A stretch of 63,988 nucleotides of DNA, filler included, from Diploschistes diacapsis (GCA_023645945.1; 9 parts of 9 records of this genome joined end to end with filler, not necessarily neighbours in it); one strand, 5' to 3'. Shown: positions 12,101 to 28,102, counted from the whole stretch's first letter. Notes: generated from the letters alone by a model not told the origin. Program-made: numbers and translations.

Positions 12101-13153
12101 GACGGGCGAGCCACAACGCACAGTTGAGGATGACCCAAGTATCGTCATGGACATCGACGGGTGGCAAGAGACGTTGAGAGATAATGAAGATCTGCGTTTC
12201 CTCAAGGCAGCTCTTGAAAACCAACAAGTCGCCAACATCGGCAACGCTGCGGTCTGGGCTTGGAAACAAAAGAAGATCAAAGCCCTCAATCGCGCTCAAG
12301 TATGCGGTCCAGTATACTCTCTGACAGGCATAGACGGGTACTATGTTCCTAATCCAACAGGCTGTGCACGTACGGAAGGCACCAAGAAGATTCTGGAATC
12401 TGAAAAGTCCAAATACCTCCCGCACCGCATCAAAATCCAAAGGGCTAGAGAAGAGCGGGAAGCCAAGGCCATGGAAGATCCGGCTCTTGCAGCAGCCGAA
12501 GCCGCTAAAAATGCAGCAGCCACCAGCAATGCCAAATCTGCCTCGAGATCCAACCGTGCCAACAATCGCCGACTTGTGGCCGATATTGCAGCGCAGAAGC
12601 AAGCGCTAGCTACGTCGACCGGGGAAGGCGATGCCCTCCGTTTCAATCAGCTCAAGAAGCGCAAGAAGCCCGTTCGATTTGCTCGTTCTGCTATTCACGG
12701 CTGGGGTCTGTACGCCATGGAGAGTATTGCCGCCAATGAAATGATCATTGAGTACGTGGGGGAAAAGGTACGACAGCAAGTTGCGGATCTCAGGGAACGC
12801 CAATACCTCAAGATGGGTATTGGAAGCAGCTATCTTTTCAGGATCGACGACCAGACCGTGGTGGATGCTACAAAGAAGGGAGGCATTGCAAGGTTCATCA
12901 ATCACAGTTGCACGCCGAACTGCACAGCAAAGATCATCAAGGTCGAGGGGAGCAAGCGGATTGTCATTTATGCTCTGAGAGACATCACGCAGAGTAAGTC
13001 GAAGCCCCAGCTCCATAGAAAATGCTCTTTTGCTAACACCCATTTGCAGACGAAGAGCTCACCTACGACTACAAGTTCGAGCGCGAGATCGACAATCCAG
13101 ACCGCATTCCATGCCTCTGCGGATCGACAGGCTGCAAGGGATTCCTCAACTAA
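9160..13153 (+). CDS. SET1: Histone H3K4 methyltransferase Set1 (exons 9160-9858, 9912-12993, 13050-13153)
   Basis: N-terminal [21 protein letters not shown], n-[14 protein letters not shown] domain [13 protein letters not shown]...[15 protein letters not shown], post-[11 protein letters not shown]...[13 protein letters not shown]. Both introns are canonical GT-AG. Confidence 0.97.
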
Positions 13154-14552
13154 TCTCACCTTCTTCCCCCCCCCCCCTTTCCCAGGATCGATGTTTCTTC
13201 TTCTTCTCAGTCGTCGTTCCTTCAGCAATTTGCAACGGAGCTTTCAAACCTCACTATCCTTGCACGTTCTGGCGTTTTTTCCGTCGGTTGTCGGTTGCAT
13301 CTAGTTGACATGTACACATTCAATCACCGCATTGCATGGACGCATGGCTAGCTGGCGTGGCGTTTATGGATCGAAGGACTGGGGTTGTTTGCTCGCTGTG
13401 CGGGCCCGGCATCGGCTAAGGTGGCCGCAGCATTTCTGACCTGTTTTTTTGTCATGACGGGTAAATAGATGATGATGATGTGGATGCAGTTTCGACGACA
13501 TGCAGCACAGATAGGAAACTAGGAACTGTTTAGGGTGGACACTGCGAACTACAGACTTGGGGGTGCGAGCTTGCGTGTATCATAGTCGGGAGGGGAACAG
13601 GCATCAACAGGGAAAGGCCTGAAGTGGATGGGGGTAGACTTAGGGCACGAGTGGCAGCGGCCTAGACGTCCACCCTAAAACCTAGAGATATTAACGAAAG
13701 ATCCTGAAAGCCTCTCCAATTATATCTACTTATCCTTATTCAGATGTAGTAGTCTATGACAAGCTTATTAGACTTCCTTAGATGAGCTGATGCGGTTCTC
13801 GGGAATTATACTGGCCTCTTTCAAATCCAATGTTAATTCAAGATATACTTTGAATGATCATCTAGCATCACCAGAGGCCGATCCAATCCACGAGATCGCC
13901 ATCAGTCCATCCAAGGAAGTCTAATAAGCTTGCCACCTCGACGAGACCACGTTTCCGGTAATCGGTAATTGCCTACAAGTAGGTATGCCGTTTCCCCTTT
14001 TCTCTGTTTCAATACCGTTGGACGACGACAGGCCCTTGCCAAACCTAATAGACATGAATCTATCTCGAGCGCCAAGAAAATGTTACATCAGCGCCGCTGT
14101 TGCCGCTCGCCTGACCATGCGTCGCCCTATGAACACCACTAGCAGCGGCCCGAACACGAGCAGGTCTTCGAGCCCTGCAAGCCTAGTAGATAGGTGGGAC
14201 GATATGCCGCTCGAGGCTCCCAGCAGCTTTCGAGCCCTGATTGAGGAAGAATCCATCACACTGTGCCCGAGGTAATTGCGAGTCCTTCCAGCATCTTGTC
14301 CTCCGCATCCTCCCCCCCCAGCGCCAATACTCCTCTGTACAACGACACCAGCTCTTCTCTCTATACTTCAAGCAAATCTTCCAATGCCCCACACGCCNNN
14401 NNNNNNNNNNNNNNNNNNNNNNNNNNNNNNNNNNNNNNNNNTTAATTAATTAANNNNNNNNNNNNNNNNNNNNNNNNNNNNNNNNNNNNNNNNNNNNGGT
14501 AAGGATCGGGGCGGGCAGGTGGCTTGAGAGGGAACGGGTGATTGGATGGAGG

Positions 14553-14935
14553 CTGTGGTATGGGGTCAGCACAGGCGGAAGGACCGGCCGAGGTGAGGTG
14601 AGTGCGTGGGCCGCACGGTGGAGGGTAGTTTATGCAATTGTGGGAGAGAAAAGCAGGGTTGAGGAAAGCCAGACGTGCGACCGAGACAGGACGCGTAAAC
14701 GGAGGAGTGGTTTTGGAGAAAAAACAAGACCAACAGGTCGCAAAACAAGCACGACAGTAGCTCAGCATTCGCCGTAAGCGCTCCCAGAATGCGATCGAAG
14801 AAAAGAAGAAAAAAAAGTGCACGCGCAAAGCTCTTCCTCCCTGCTATCGACTCCAATCGCGTCCAGGTGCAGGGGCTTCCCACAAACACGTCTCCCGACC
14901 TCGCTCGCGGAAACAGATGCGCGCATGGCACTTAC
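14553..14935 (-). other. Probable 383-nt 5'-UTR intron of a gene whose CDS lies beyond the contig end
   Basis: On the minus strand: CAG|GTAAGT donor at 14935, GCTGAC branch site about 14565-14570, CACAG acceptor at 14553, then a C-rich leader running into the gap. No credible ORF nearby. Confidence 0.5.
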
Positions 14936-15564
14936 CTGATTTCTCGACGGCTGCTTGGGACTTTGATGATCGCACTGACAACGCGACTCCGACAGACGGC
15001 TTGATGATGGCAGCAATTGGTGGCGCGGATGGGGGAAGCAGAGGGGAAAGTGTGTGAATGTGGGAAGAAGAAGAAGTTTGGGGGGGGAAGATGCGGAGGA
15101 GGGCGACGTTGTTTATGTTTGGGTTTTTGGGCGCCGCCTTTTTGCAGACAGCGCTAAGAGTAACAAAGCTGTGGGAGCTTGTTCTTCCCCCGGGGAGCCC
15201 CCCCGGCGAGGTTCGAGTTCATGCCCGGCCGCCGCTGATAGTGCATCTGATGGGGGGCTGGTTAATATGCTTGGTCACATCACACTGGCACACTGGGCAC
15301 TCTTCGCCTCGTATTTCCCTGCTGCTGTCTCTTTTGTCTGGAAGGAGAATCATGTGTCGCGGTCATGCATCATTAAATGCTTTAAATTTCCTTCTATATA
15401 TTAATGCTAAAGGCAGGAGGTAGTGCAGATGTTGAGAATAATATTATACAACTCTTGAGCTAACAGGATGCTTTGCTTTTCAAGCACCCGGATTTCGACT
15501 TCTCCGAAAAGCGATGCATGCTGCCAAATCCCACGTTGAACGCCAGCCAATCTAGCCAGATTCT

Positions 15565-18500
15565 CTAATTTGAGTCATCGATGCTTTGTCTTAGTGGCAA
15601 ATCCTGCTGGCTATCATTCAGTTTTGCCATCCTTTTTGACATACTAAGAAGCAATTAGCGCGACGATATCAGCTGCAGTGGCGGGCGCCCCTTACAAGTT
15701 AAAGAATGCAAACTGGCTCGGACTGCTTCCATGCTCGTATACAAACCGACTTGCCAAGAAGCTGCCGAAGATGGCGCGTAGATAATTATCAGGAACCTAG
15801 GAGAGTTGTGAGCACTGGCAATGCATGCGCTGATTGTAACTCACCCGTTTGATGATCGTGTCAAGTCCGATCTTTTGTAGTAGGAGATTCGGAAGGGCGT
15901 CCTCAAGCACTGAACGTCGCAGAGCTAGGTTTTGCCAAAGATCCGAGTTCTGCAGCTCTTCGTCAAGCTTCGTTATGGCCACACTGAGTGTGTCGCTAAG
16001 AGTGCTTCGTGGTAAGTTGGTCTCCTCGTGTTCCCGCCAGATGGCTTCGAACTCGAGCTCGGCGTTGCGCTTGATGGTTGACTGGACCTCTCGCACGTAC
16101 GCCTCGTAGAATGGTGGGGTCGTGCCATCCTTATGTACGCACATGTTCTCCAGGAAGCTTTCGTCGTCGAACGAGAGGGAAGCCAGCACCTCGAGCGAGG
16201 ATGAAGTTACGCCGCCCTTGTTTGCCGACGCATCTTTGTACAGGATGCAGCCTGCCTTTTCGAGACGCAGCTTCGCATCCTGAGTTATGAACAGGTTGGC
16301 ACCCTCCACGATATACGGGATAGTGCTCTTTCCGTCTTTGATGAGCCGGTGGACTGAGCTCAGGTCTATGGACTCGGGTCGCCCACCGCAAGGCACGAAG
16401 ATGTCGAAGGGCATGTCCTCCCGCAGGTGGAAGGTGTTCCGGAATATCATCCCATTGTTCACGAATTCACCGGTCGGTAGAGTGACTTCGGACTCGTCGA
16501 CTAGAACTCTGTATCCACTGCTGGATAACTTGGACACATCGAACTCCGAGATCATAACGCGCTTCTTCGCCAGCCGAAGAAGCTCCTCGTGGTTGATACC
16601 CTCTGGGTCGACCAGAACACCTGCCCCATCGACAATGGCACAGTACTTCTCGTTTCCAAGCAGAATCTCGTTGGACCCAAGATCGCCATCAGGGCCACCG
16701 GTCTGCAGCTTGCGAACAGTAGCTGGGTCTAGGTTCAGTTTCCGATAAATGCCCTTGACGTATTCGCGAACAGAAAGCGTAGTCATTCCCCATTTGTCGT
16801 GGGGGATGCCTCCGAGCTTTGGATCCTTCCCTGTGAAGAACGACTTCCACCAGGGTGCCCCTCGAACTCTCGCATGCTCCGTGGCCCAGTCGACGAGATC
16901 TGCAGTGTTCTCATCCGGCCCCATGAACAAGATTTCCTCCTTCTTATACAGATCAACGATCGGGTCCTTGATACCAGGACTTGAGGGGGGTATAAGCAGG
17001 TCGAGAATGCTGTCAATATATTTCTCGAATGCCACCCTTGCCTTGTCCTGTTGCCGCCAATCCATCAAGATGACACCCTTTGAGCCACCCTCTGGAATGT
17101 CTTTATTCTTCCTTTGCTGCGTGTTGGCCAAATTATAATTTTCGTCGAAGAGGGAGCGCACATTGATTGAGTACGCTTCGCGATTCCTTGATTTGACGAT
17201 GCGGATGCCGCCTCTGGCGATGTCTCGGAAGCGCAGGTGGAAACCTCTGAACTCCGAACTAATCACCAGGAACATACCGAACAGGGGTTGTGGATACTCT
17301 GTCTCCGGCAAGAAGCTCGGATTGAGCCTGAAGCTGAGGGCCACTTTGGTCGGAGTATAGAAGTTTGTTTTGAGCACGGAAGAGTTGAAGACGCGGAAAG
17401 CGGTGAATACCATTTGATCATGCTCGTTGAAGACGCTCTTGGAGATCAACGCTTTCAGCTCCTGATCGCTCAGAGCCTTTTCGACCTTCAGCCGCAGGTA
17501 ACTCAAGGTGGGAAGGAAGTCATCATGCTCGCCTCGGGTCTGGACGTAATGACTGTTGGCAAAAGCAAGGTAGAGAGCGTGGATTAGATCGGGATAGCGG
17601 TGGATGATCTCCATGATATAGTCGGAGGTAAAGGTCTCGGTACGTAATCGACGCTTGATTTTCGAGAGCAGCTCGGCATGCGCGCTATTGCTTTGGTCGA
17701 GAACCGAAACCAGCGAAGTGTACTCGGAGCCCAAGCGGTTCAGGAAATGGCCAACGAAAACCCAGACACAATGAGCGTATATTGTCTCTTGCACGCTTAA
17801 CCGGCCACTGGCGAAGTGGCTCTGAAACTTATTGTGAGGCACGCAGTATAAGAGGGAGACTTCTTTCATGATTTGATGAATTGATGCATCAATAGACGGG
17901 TGATGCGCACCGGGCCGAGGCTTGAGCACTGGCCTGAGGTAGACGGAGATGACGGTGATGCCGTTCGAGAATTGCTCGACATACTTTCGTGAGCTTGTCA
18001 ATCCATACCAGTGGTATAAATGTGACAGCGACGAAAACATGCCCAATGCCGAACCCTGGCGGAAAGCGACCAAAAGCCGCTTTTCAGACGTGCCTTCAAC
18101 GTTGAAGACTTCAATCACGGGCCCAGTTCTCGACACGGCGTTCGTGATAGCATCTTGATAGATAGCCTTTGTATTGTTGGTCGCTTTCTGTAGGAATCTA
18201 CTTTCGCCAATAACTTCGAGATTTGTCTCATTTCTGCCCGGCTTGGGATTCGAAAAATGACATTTATAGACGAAATAGCAACGGATCTTGTGCTCCGTCC
18301 CTCCCGGAAGTTGACTGTCCGACCTGAAAGACTCTACCCGAAAGCTATTGTCGTTGGTGGTTGACCCATTAATGTACTTCTCGTCGATCCTCTGCTCGTA
18401 CCTCGGGCCTTCGAGGTTGCTGATGCCGGGCAAGCTTGTGTCGATGTAGACGGCGTGATCGGCCGCTTCCTTATCCAGTCGTATCTCCGGCTTGTGGTCG

Positions 18501-18964
18501 TCTCTCGCATACGCAGCCACTTTACCCGCATACAGGGATAATATGTGACTCACGATGGCCTCGGGTGTCTCGGTCTGGAAGTACATATCGTCGATTCCGA
18601 GCTCGTTGTAAAACCACGTGGTTTCGGATTCCACAAATTCTGCTGGTATGAAGCCATTCTCTTCTAATTTGTCCATGACCTGTTCCATCTGTTGCTCCTT
18701 GCCCTCGAACTTGGGCGCAACATAATCTGGCCCGCTCTCGTGTAGGTATCGTTCGCCAGCAATCGTCTGACCCGAAACCCCAAGGTGCGTGGGCTGGGGC
18801 GACGGGCGACGTTCAGGCGTTCGGACAATGTGGTTGAGGAGCTTGTTGTGTAATTCTCCATTCATTGTTGGTTTCTTCGGTTGTGGCACGTTCTCAGGTA
18901 TCGGACGGCCTGCGATGTCAGGCAACGCGGGCGACGCAGTGCGGTTGAAGCCGGGAAAAGCCAT
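15565..18964 (-). CDS. GDH2: NAD-specific glutamate dehydrogenase
   Basis: 1055-aa ORF with FRGFHLRFRDIARGGIR, KNKDIPEGGSKG, GPDENTA, QTGGPDGDLGSN and ANKGGVTSSSLEV. Two small 3' exons (VPDNYLRAIFGSFLASRFVYEHG..., MSKRMAK...DDSN*). Confidence 0.97.
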
Positions 18965-21736
18965 TGCGTATCAGCTTTGTCACGAGGGGTGGGGTGAGGG
19001 GTATCGACGTTAATGGTGAGAGTCAAAACAAAGGGCCAGACTTCGAGGGATGCCTTCCTCCAGCTTCACGGGAGGAAGATATATATCGAACGTGGGAGCA
19101 GGGGACGGTATTTGACGTTGCTGACGAAGAGAACGCAGCCTACTAAGGTTAAATTAGACAGAATGCACTAATAGAGGTACAAAGTCAAAATTGCTAGCAG
19201 CCCCAATACCTTTCAGGAAAAGACGTTGAAAAGACGTTGAAAAGGCGTTGCGCGATGCGCTCCAATTATCTTTTGGCGATGTGTCTGATTTATTGTGATG
19301 AACAAAGGGCATGGACGAAGAGCTGAGGCTCGATTAAACCCGTAGAAACTCCGGTACCTTGCAAAGGGCGTCTCACTTACCTAATTAGGCAAGGCATAGA
19401 TAGGAGAAACGAGAAACAGGGGCATCGAGCAGCCTATCTAGAAAGCCCGGCAACGGAATGAGCGCGTGGCGTAACGTCCAAGCGCGGTAGCAATCTACTT
19501 GGCGACATCATGGATATCAATGGGGAGCGATCAGGTTTTATGGTAATTCGCATTTTTTTAACCATAGACTAACTAAACTCCATGCATTAAATACTAGGAG
19601 TTTCTCGCTCTTTACATCAAATGATGGGCCTCTCCAAGCCCTCAAACCGCTTATAGCCCATTCCCGTCACGAACGTAACTTCTGGCGGTCCCTAATCTGG
19701 CTATGTAGCAAAATACAGGAAACAGTCTGCGTGCGCCTCTCCATTGATTTGCTTAGCCTTCACCTCGGGCGGAGCATCATCTCCGTAGCCTTGTGAATCG
19801 AGGCGGGGAGCGCCGAGAACCCTTTGACTGCTTCGTGAGCCACAGATAGGCGCTTATAGTATTGACAGTCATGTCCACCACGACCCTTTAGGACCAACTC
19901 CCAAAGGATCGGTAAGGCTCGATAGAAAATGCAGCGCAAAAGCTGTTCGCATTAGTTGATTCAAAAGTGGATTATGAGACTTTATCGTACCGTTGAAGCT
20001 TACTAGATGAGGTACTCCAATTTTCTCTGTTACCTGGTGGAATGTGATTGGTATACAGGCTGGGTCTGCGAAGTCTGCAGGGTGAACAAAGTCTGCATTC
20101 CGTTATCGAGTCTTCAAAGCAGCTATTATGGAGTGGTAAAGAAACTAGCAGTCACAGAGCAAGCAGAGTATTGCCAAATTTCTTCTTAGTATTCTTTGTT
20201 TTCGTCCAGGCTCAAACCTTTGATAGCTTCAAAACTCTCAATGTCCGTCCAAGCTTGATGGCTTGCAGCTCCGAGACTTATACCTCGGAGGCGATGGGGC
20301 GTAGCCTCAAAATGACCAGGGAGTTGGCCAAGGTATATTAAGGACTTTCAAATGGGAGCACTACAAAACACATGTACGTTATAAGCCATCTATGTACAAT
20401 GACATAGCATATGTAAGTACCGACAGGCTCTAATACTATAATGGCAGTGTCTGTGGCCACTCTGCAGCTAGTAGGATAAGCTTTGGAGCTGCCAGTGCTT
20501 TCCGGTGCTGGCTTTTTGGGACAAGATATCTCTAATATCCGCCCATGAACCGTACAGCATATAGCCCGCTGGTCTCTATCATTTCCAAAACGTTCGGAGG
20601 CTGCGCAGGGACCTCCAATGCAAATTGAAGTCCTCTACAATGTATCGGACAAGTATGTGCACAACCTTTCGTACCGCTTCCGGACCATATTCGTCAATGC
20701 CAACGCCCCTCAGACCCAGCTTTCCTCAAGTTTTGAATGCTACTTCCTGTTCAGAACACAGCTGGCGTCTGGGCCACCATGCAGCCCCAGTTTGATGTTC
20801 TAGATGCTGTATCTCTAGATTGAACAACCAAGAGATCAAGATCTGTCAGTTTCTGAAGCTCGTGATAAGCTATTCCAATAATTCGAGCGATGTCTGTAAA
20901 ACAATGTGAAAACCAAGATGAGCAGATGGATAGCGCAATATCCGAAGGAATATCAGAGCCAGTTTGCCATAACCACTCCAGCAAGGGCCTCACGACATGC
21001 TCCGTTTTCTGTCCAGTCTGATTGTGCGAGACTGCTCGAATTGGCTGAAAGGAAAGATATGTCATTGCGCTAGTAGCGTACTGGAACGGTTAAGGGCCGA
21101 AGAGGATGCGTCGGTCTGTCAGGTGCCCCTAGCAATTCATGCAAAGACTTCATACTACTATTCATGGGATGGATTCCCTCTCTCGACTTCTGAATACAGT
21201 CATATCGGCTCTACTCGCGATGCTAACTCTATAGCAGCTAACGGTTAAGTCAGCGTCTGCTAACCCGAATGGGACCTAGACTGGCGAAGCCTGGTTAGCT
21301 GACCAATCATATTCATTCCTAAGCGAAGCGCGCAGGACTATAGTTACAGATTAGGGTGTTTAGGGGCGTAGGAAAACCGTAGATAGGAAATTAACTCCGA
21401 CAGCTATTAAACTGGAATATTAATTAATTAAATTAATTTCGAAATTATAAAAAAATAAATAATTATTAAACTGAACTGAATTAAACTATATAAAACTTTT
21501 ATTTTTATCTTTCGTTGTATATTTCTATTTATGTTCTGTTGAAAGTGGAAGTGTGGTGACTAAATAGGCAAGTAATGACTAGGGAAATAATGCTGAGTAC
21601 AATAGTAATGTATTACTATTGTANNNNNNNNNNNNNNNNNNNNNNNNNNNNNNNNNNNNNNNNNNNNTTAATTAATTAANNNNNNNNNNNNNNNNNNNNN
21701 NNNNNNNNNNNNNNNNNNNNNNNATGCGAAACTGAA

Positions 21737-21910
21737 CTACGAAGTAACCCCCCCCCCCCCGTCAGAGTAAAAGAGGTTAGCGCCCAACTAGTGCGCGCAA
21801 GGGCCTTTCACCCATATATGAAGACAGACACGTTGAGCCTTTTTTGGTATGGGCGGCACACCCAATCAGCGCTAACCTTTATTCTTGGGGGGGGGGGTGG
21901 TATTTCGTAG
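21737..21910. mobile_element. 174-bp MITE-like fold-back element with poly-C/poly-G terminal inverted repeats
   Basis: Left end CTACGAAGTAA-Cn-...-AGGTTAGCGC; right end GCGCTAACCT-...-Gn-TGGTATTTCGTAG. Flanks are CTGAA and CTGGA (near-identical 5-mers). Confidence 0.7.
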
Positions 21911-23519
21911 CTGGATTACGGCCCCCCCTTCTCGAAACAGGAAAGGCAAAGAAAGACGGTGAGCCACAAATCGTTTTAAGTTACGTAGATCTCTGCTGCT
22001 GACAAAGCAAGCGTGTTAAGTCATCGGATGTTGGAGTTTGGAAAAGTCTCAACCTCCAGTAAAAAAAACATATATGCATTCTTAAGAAAGCAATGGAGTC
22101 CCAATCGAAGTGTATTGGGCTACTTACTGTCTGCCCTGCTGTATCTAACTTACCTTGATATCTAGCAGCTGGTTAGTAAGCTAAATTTAAAGGGATCTGG
22201 ATGTACCAACGAGCCCTGTAAATCTGCCATGTTTGTTGCAGGGTCTCTGAATCACCTGAAAGTTTGAAAAACCCCGATGGCTTGGGGCTTGCGTGCTCTA
22301 GAACATGGGATGGGAAATTGAAGCTTGTTGCGTAAAAGAAAAGCTGTACCCGTTGACCTGACAGCCGAACTACAAGTAGAGGTATTCTATTTCGTATAAA
22401 CATCTTAGAAAATTGCAAGTACAGTACAACCGACATCAGGCTATCGACACTTTTGTCTGCATCAGCAGAGTAGAGAGCAAACTTGTTTGCATTTGAGTCA
22501 TCTGATATCCCAAATGAGCTAGCTATCAAGCCATCTATCTAGAACTGAAACAGCAACCTCCTTTTCCTTCACAATTCTCGAAAAGATCTCCATGCTTTGG
22601 AAGATCACAGCCGCCAACTTGGCTGCGCATTCAGATCCCCTTGAGACCGCTTTGTGCTTTCTTCCCATGGCCATATGCAGCAATCGATAATAATCTTGGA
22701 TTCCCATTCTTTCCCTCCTCAACAAGTGCAGATTCACAGCCAGCTGCGCTGCGAAAAGGAAAATGGGGTTGGATGTGCGAATGTAGAAAAGAGGAGTGAA
22801 GAGCGTCTGCCGATGATATATCGCAAATTGCTATGCTTCTCACCCGTCTTTCTTTCGGATAGAACGCCATTCATTAGCTCAACTTTTTTTCCGTCTATCG
22901 CTTGCTGCAAATGCCATAAAATCGTGAAAACCTCTGTGGTCGTCGTAAAGATTAGCTGCAGATTGGAGATATGCGTTTTTCGATGAATAAGAGTTGCCCA
23001 AAGCTTGTCCAGTGCAAACCTGCATGCCGCTCATCCGGGCACGGATTTCGATATTCAAATGAGATCTATTAACGCTTGAAAACAAGCTTCCCCCAAAACT
23101 CACGGATCAAATGCATTCTTTTTGTAAGAGCTCAGACTCATCTGAATGCCGCTGTCAGCACTGCGCAAGAGTCCTAGGTAGACTGGGTACGGCTGGGGTA
23201 TCAAAGGGGTCCGAGAACCTGTATCGGCCGTGACCAAATCCTGCACGAAAAGACGATCAAGATGTGTCGACACCGCAAAAAAGTAAAGTCTATCCGGGAT
23301 TAGAGCGATTGTGTCGTTTCATCACGACCGATGGCGCTGAAGGAACCTGATCCGTGAGATCCAGGGTCGCAAAGTTGAAAAGAGGCTGTCGAATAACATC
23401 TAAAGCGCATGGACAAAAAAACCTCCGTTCGGTTCGTCGTCCTCATCTTTTGTAGAGCCCGGGGAACGGATCCAAAGATCTACATGTTTCGAAGATGAGA
23501 GGACGCGGTGGCGGAGGAT

Positions 23520-25760
<2,241 letters not shown>

Positions 25761-26747
25761 GGTATTTGTTGAAAAATCTCTTTTGAATTTTGAAGTAACT
25801 GATGAGAAGGGATTCTGTACAAAAAAGTTGGGTCAGCACAGTTCTTAAATCACTGCTGAGACTGGCACAGGGACATTGAATACAGCAGCCTTTATGATAA
25901 GAATTCACTGATCGACTCACTCTATGGAATCAAATGTGTCTGGTGATTACAAGTATAGAACGCTCTCATATGCACTAAATTGAAGGCCACTTCCTTCAGC
26001 TGGATGCAAAAACGAGGATGTTCAGCCTGGTCCCCCTTTCTGCGAGAGGAACGACTGAAAAAGGAAAGATGAGCACTGAACAAGTCGCAGTGCGCTCAAC
26101 TCTAGAGAAAGTTGATAACGTCAAAAGGCAAAGGGTTCTTTTTTTTGAGGTTGAGGGTGGACGTGAAGAAAGTAAGAGGAAAAAAAGTCTGAGAGCGTGC
26201 AGCGTACTATAATAACGTTTTGGCGCTAAGGTCTTCTTCGGCTGGGAGTCACCGCACAACTCGGTGCACTTTACTGTCCCCCTGATAAATTTAGCACCAG
26301 AAGCTTTGCCTGTACTGCTGCGGCGGGCACCTTGCGAATTTGCACCATCTTCTTTCTCTCACTTGCCTTTAAACCTAAGCATGTGATACGTGACACACAC
26401 AACACAGAGGCTCATCGTTGAATTACGGAGGGTGGTACGGAGGTGGTGCCTAGTACCTACTGCAGGTCAATCGTTTTTATGTATGCACTTGGCTATTGGC
26501 TAAGCCTAAGCCTACGAACATGACTCTTGATGCTGTAGTAGACGCAGGGCAACAAGTACCAGGATTCCGCTGTATCCAGGGAGTACCTTGTCCTTAAATG
26601 ACTCAAATTGGGCATTAGGTTACCTAGTAGCCTCAAGCCTTTGCGCTTGGTGGTTCATATTCCTTGCGTACGTCATCTTTATCAAACATGTACAATTTAG
26701 AAGAGGGACCCGCAACTAGGTTCCCAGTAGCTGGCCTTGTGGGCGAT

Positions 26748-26992
26748 TTAAGCAGGATATCGTGATGGGGTGCATTGGGCGCTCCTCCTCCGCAAGAAGA
26801 TAGCCACAACACCAACAATAACACTGAAGAAAGCCAGCTTCTGGATGATGTCGAAACTATCACTGCCAAGGAAGGATGGGCTTTGCATGACGACGTGCTC
26901 GGACTCGAGAAGGGTATTGGCATCTTTTGAATCTTCTGGCATGGTAACATCTAGATTGTCGCCCGGAACGGCTGGCTCAGCTGATCCGAAGA
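26748..26992 (-). CDS. Candidate alternative last exon of cypB encoding a transmembrane anchor
   Basis: Donor GAAG|GTATTC at 27085, upstream GCTGAT branch-like site and AAG acceptor at 26993 join in frame to VFGSAEPAVPGDNLDVTMPEDS...QKLAFFSVIVGVVAIFLRRRS...YPA*. Confidence 0.65.
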
Positions 26993-27065
26993 CTTCTCAA
27001 AATCCAAGCATCAGCAACAGCTCGTCCAGGAAGACAGATACCAAAGGTTCGACATGGTGACATGT

Positions 27066-27861
27066 CTAGAGTTCCGCGTGAATACCTTCAGCTTCATCCC
27101 CCGTCATCTCAATCTCGCCGCTCTTGGCAACCTTGACGGGCTCCTTAGGCTTGTCGCCCGACCCCTTTTCGACATTCTGGATGGTGTCAACAATGTCGTA
27201 ACCCTCGAGAACCTCGCCGAAGACCACATGCTTGCCATCCAGCCAGGAGGTAACAGCGGTAGTGATAAAGAACTGCAAGATTTAGTTTGCAGTTGCAAGA
27301 AGCAGCACAAGATAACATACCTGGGACCCATTGGTGTCCTTCCCAGAGTTAGCCATGCTAAGTTGCCCCTTCTTGGTGTGCTTGAGCTTAAAGTTCTCGT
27401 CCGGGAATTTTGCACCATAGATGGACTTTCCGCCAGTTCCTAGTTGCCTATTAGCATACCGCTTATTTCTCATAATAGTTGAAAAGCCTTACCATCGCCC
27501 CGAGTAAAGTCACCGCCCTGGATCATAAAGTCCTTGATGACACGATGGAACGTCGAGCCCTCGTAGCCATAGCCCTCGCTCCCAGTAGCAAGCGCAACGA
27601 AGTTCTTGGCCGTGTCGGGAACGGTCTTGCCGTAGAGTCCAATGACAATTCTACCCAAGTCCTTGTCGCCGTGCGTGATGTCAAAGTATACCTGGCCATA
27701 CAAGATAAGCATTGGCGCATGAATGCGGGATAGGTGAAGAGCAAACATACCTTGTTGGTGATCTTCGGCCCCCTCGCCGCTGCCGTAGTTTGCGCCATGA
27801 AGAGGAAGACTGCTGTGAGGATCAGCAATGCTGAGATGGCAACACGCTGAAAGTTCGCCAT
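27066..27861 (-). CDS. cypB: ER cyclophilin B (peptidyl-prolyl isomerase) with signal peptide and C-terminal HAEL
   Basis: Signal peptide [83 protein letters not shown]; ends GIHAEL*. Three introns. Confidence 0.96.
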
Positions 27862-28102
27862 GGTGAACAGTGACATTAAACAAAAGGATAAGAGTCAATT
27901 AGTGCAATGGGGTTGAAGAGAAGGTTCAAGAGGGAAGAAGGGAGTGTGGTGGGAAGTGCTAAAAGGCGGGAAGCTAGGAAGCATGAGTTTGCCAAGACTT
28001 TCGTGATCCCTGTTGGTGCCAAGATGATGCGTGTTTTGACTTTGGAGAGTTTAGAGAGATTGTAATCACTTACCTTGGTCTCTTAAAGATTTCGTCGCAA
28101 CG

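Noticed and set aside
13985..14397. Short Ser/Pro-rich ORFs before the gap
   Set aside because: No recognisable domain or consistent splice structure; truncated by the linker.
20007..21248. Several 60-104 aa ORFs upstream of GDH2
   Set aside because: No recognisable motifs; may be a decayed gene but cannot be supported without a search.
22173..23103. Run of short minus-strand ORFs downstream of DED1 suggesting a pseudogene
   Set aside because: Could not assign a family by eye; frequent stops and no diagnostic motif.
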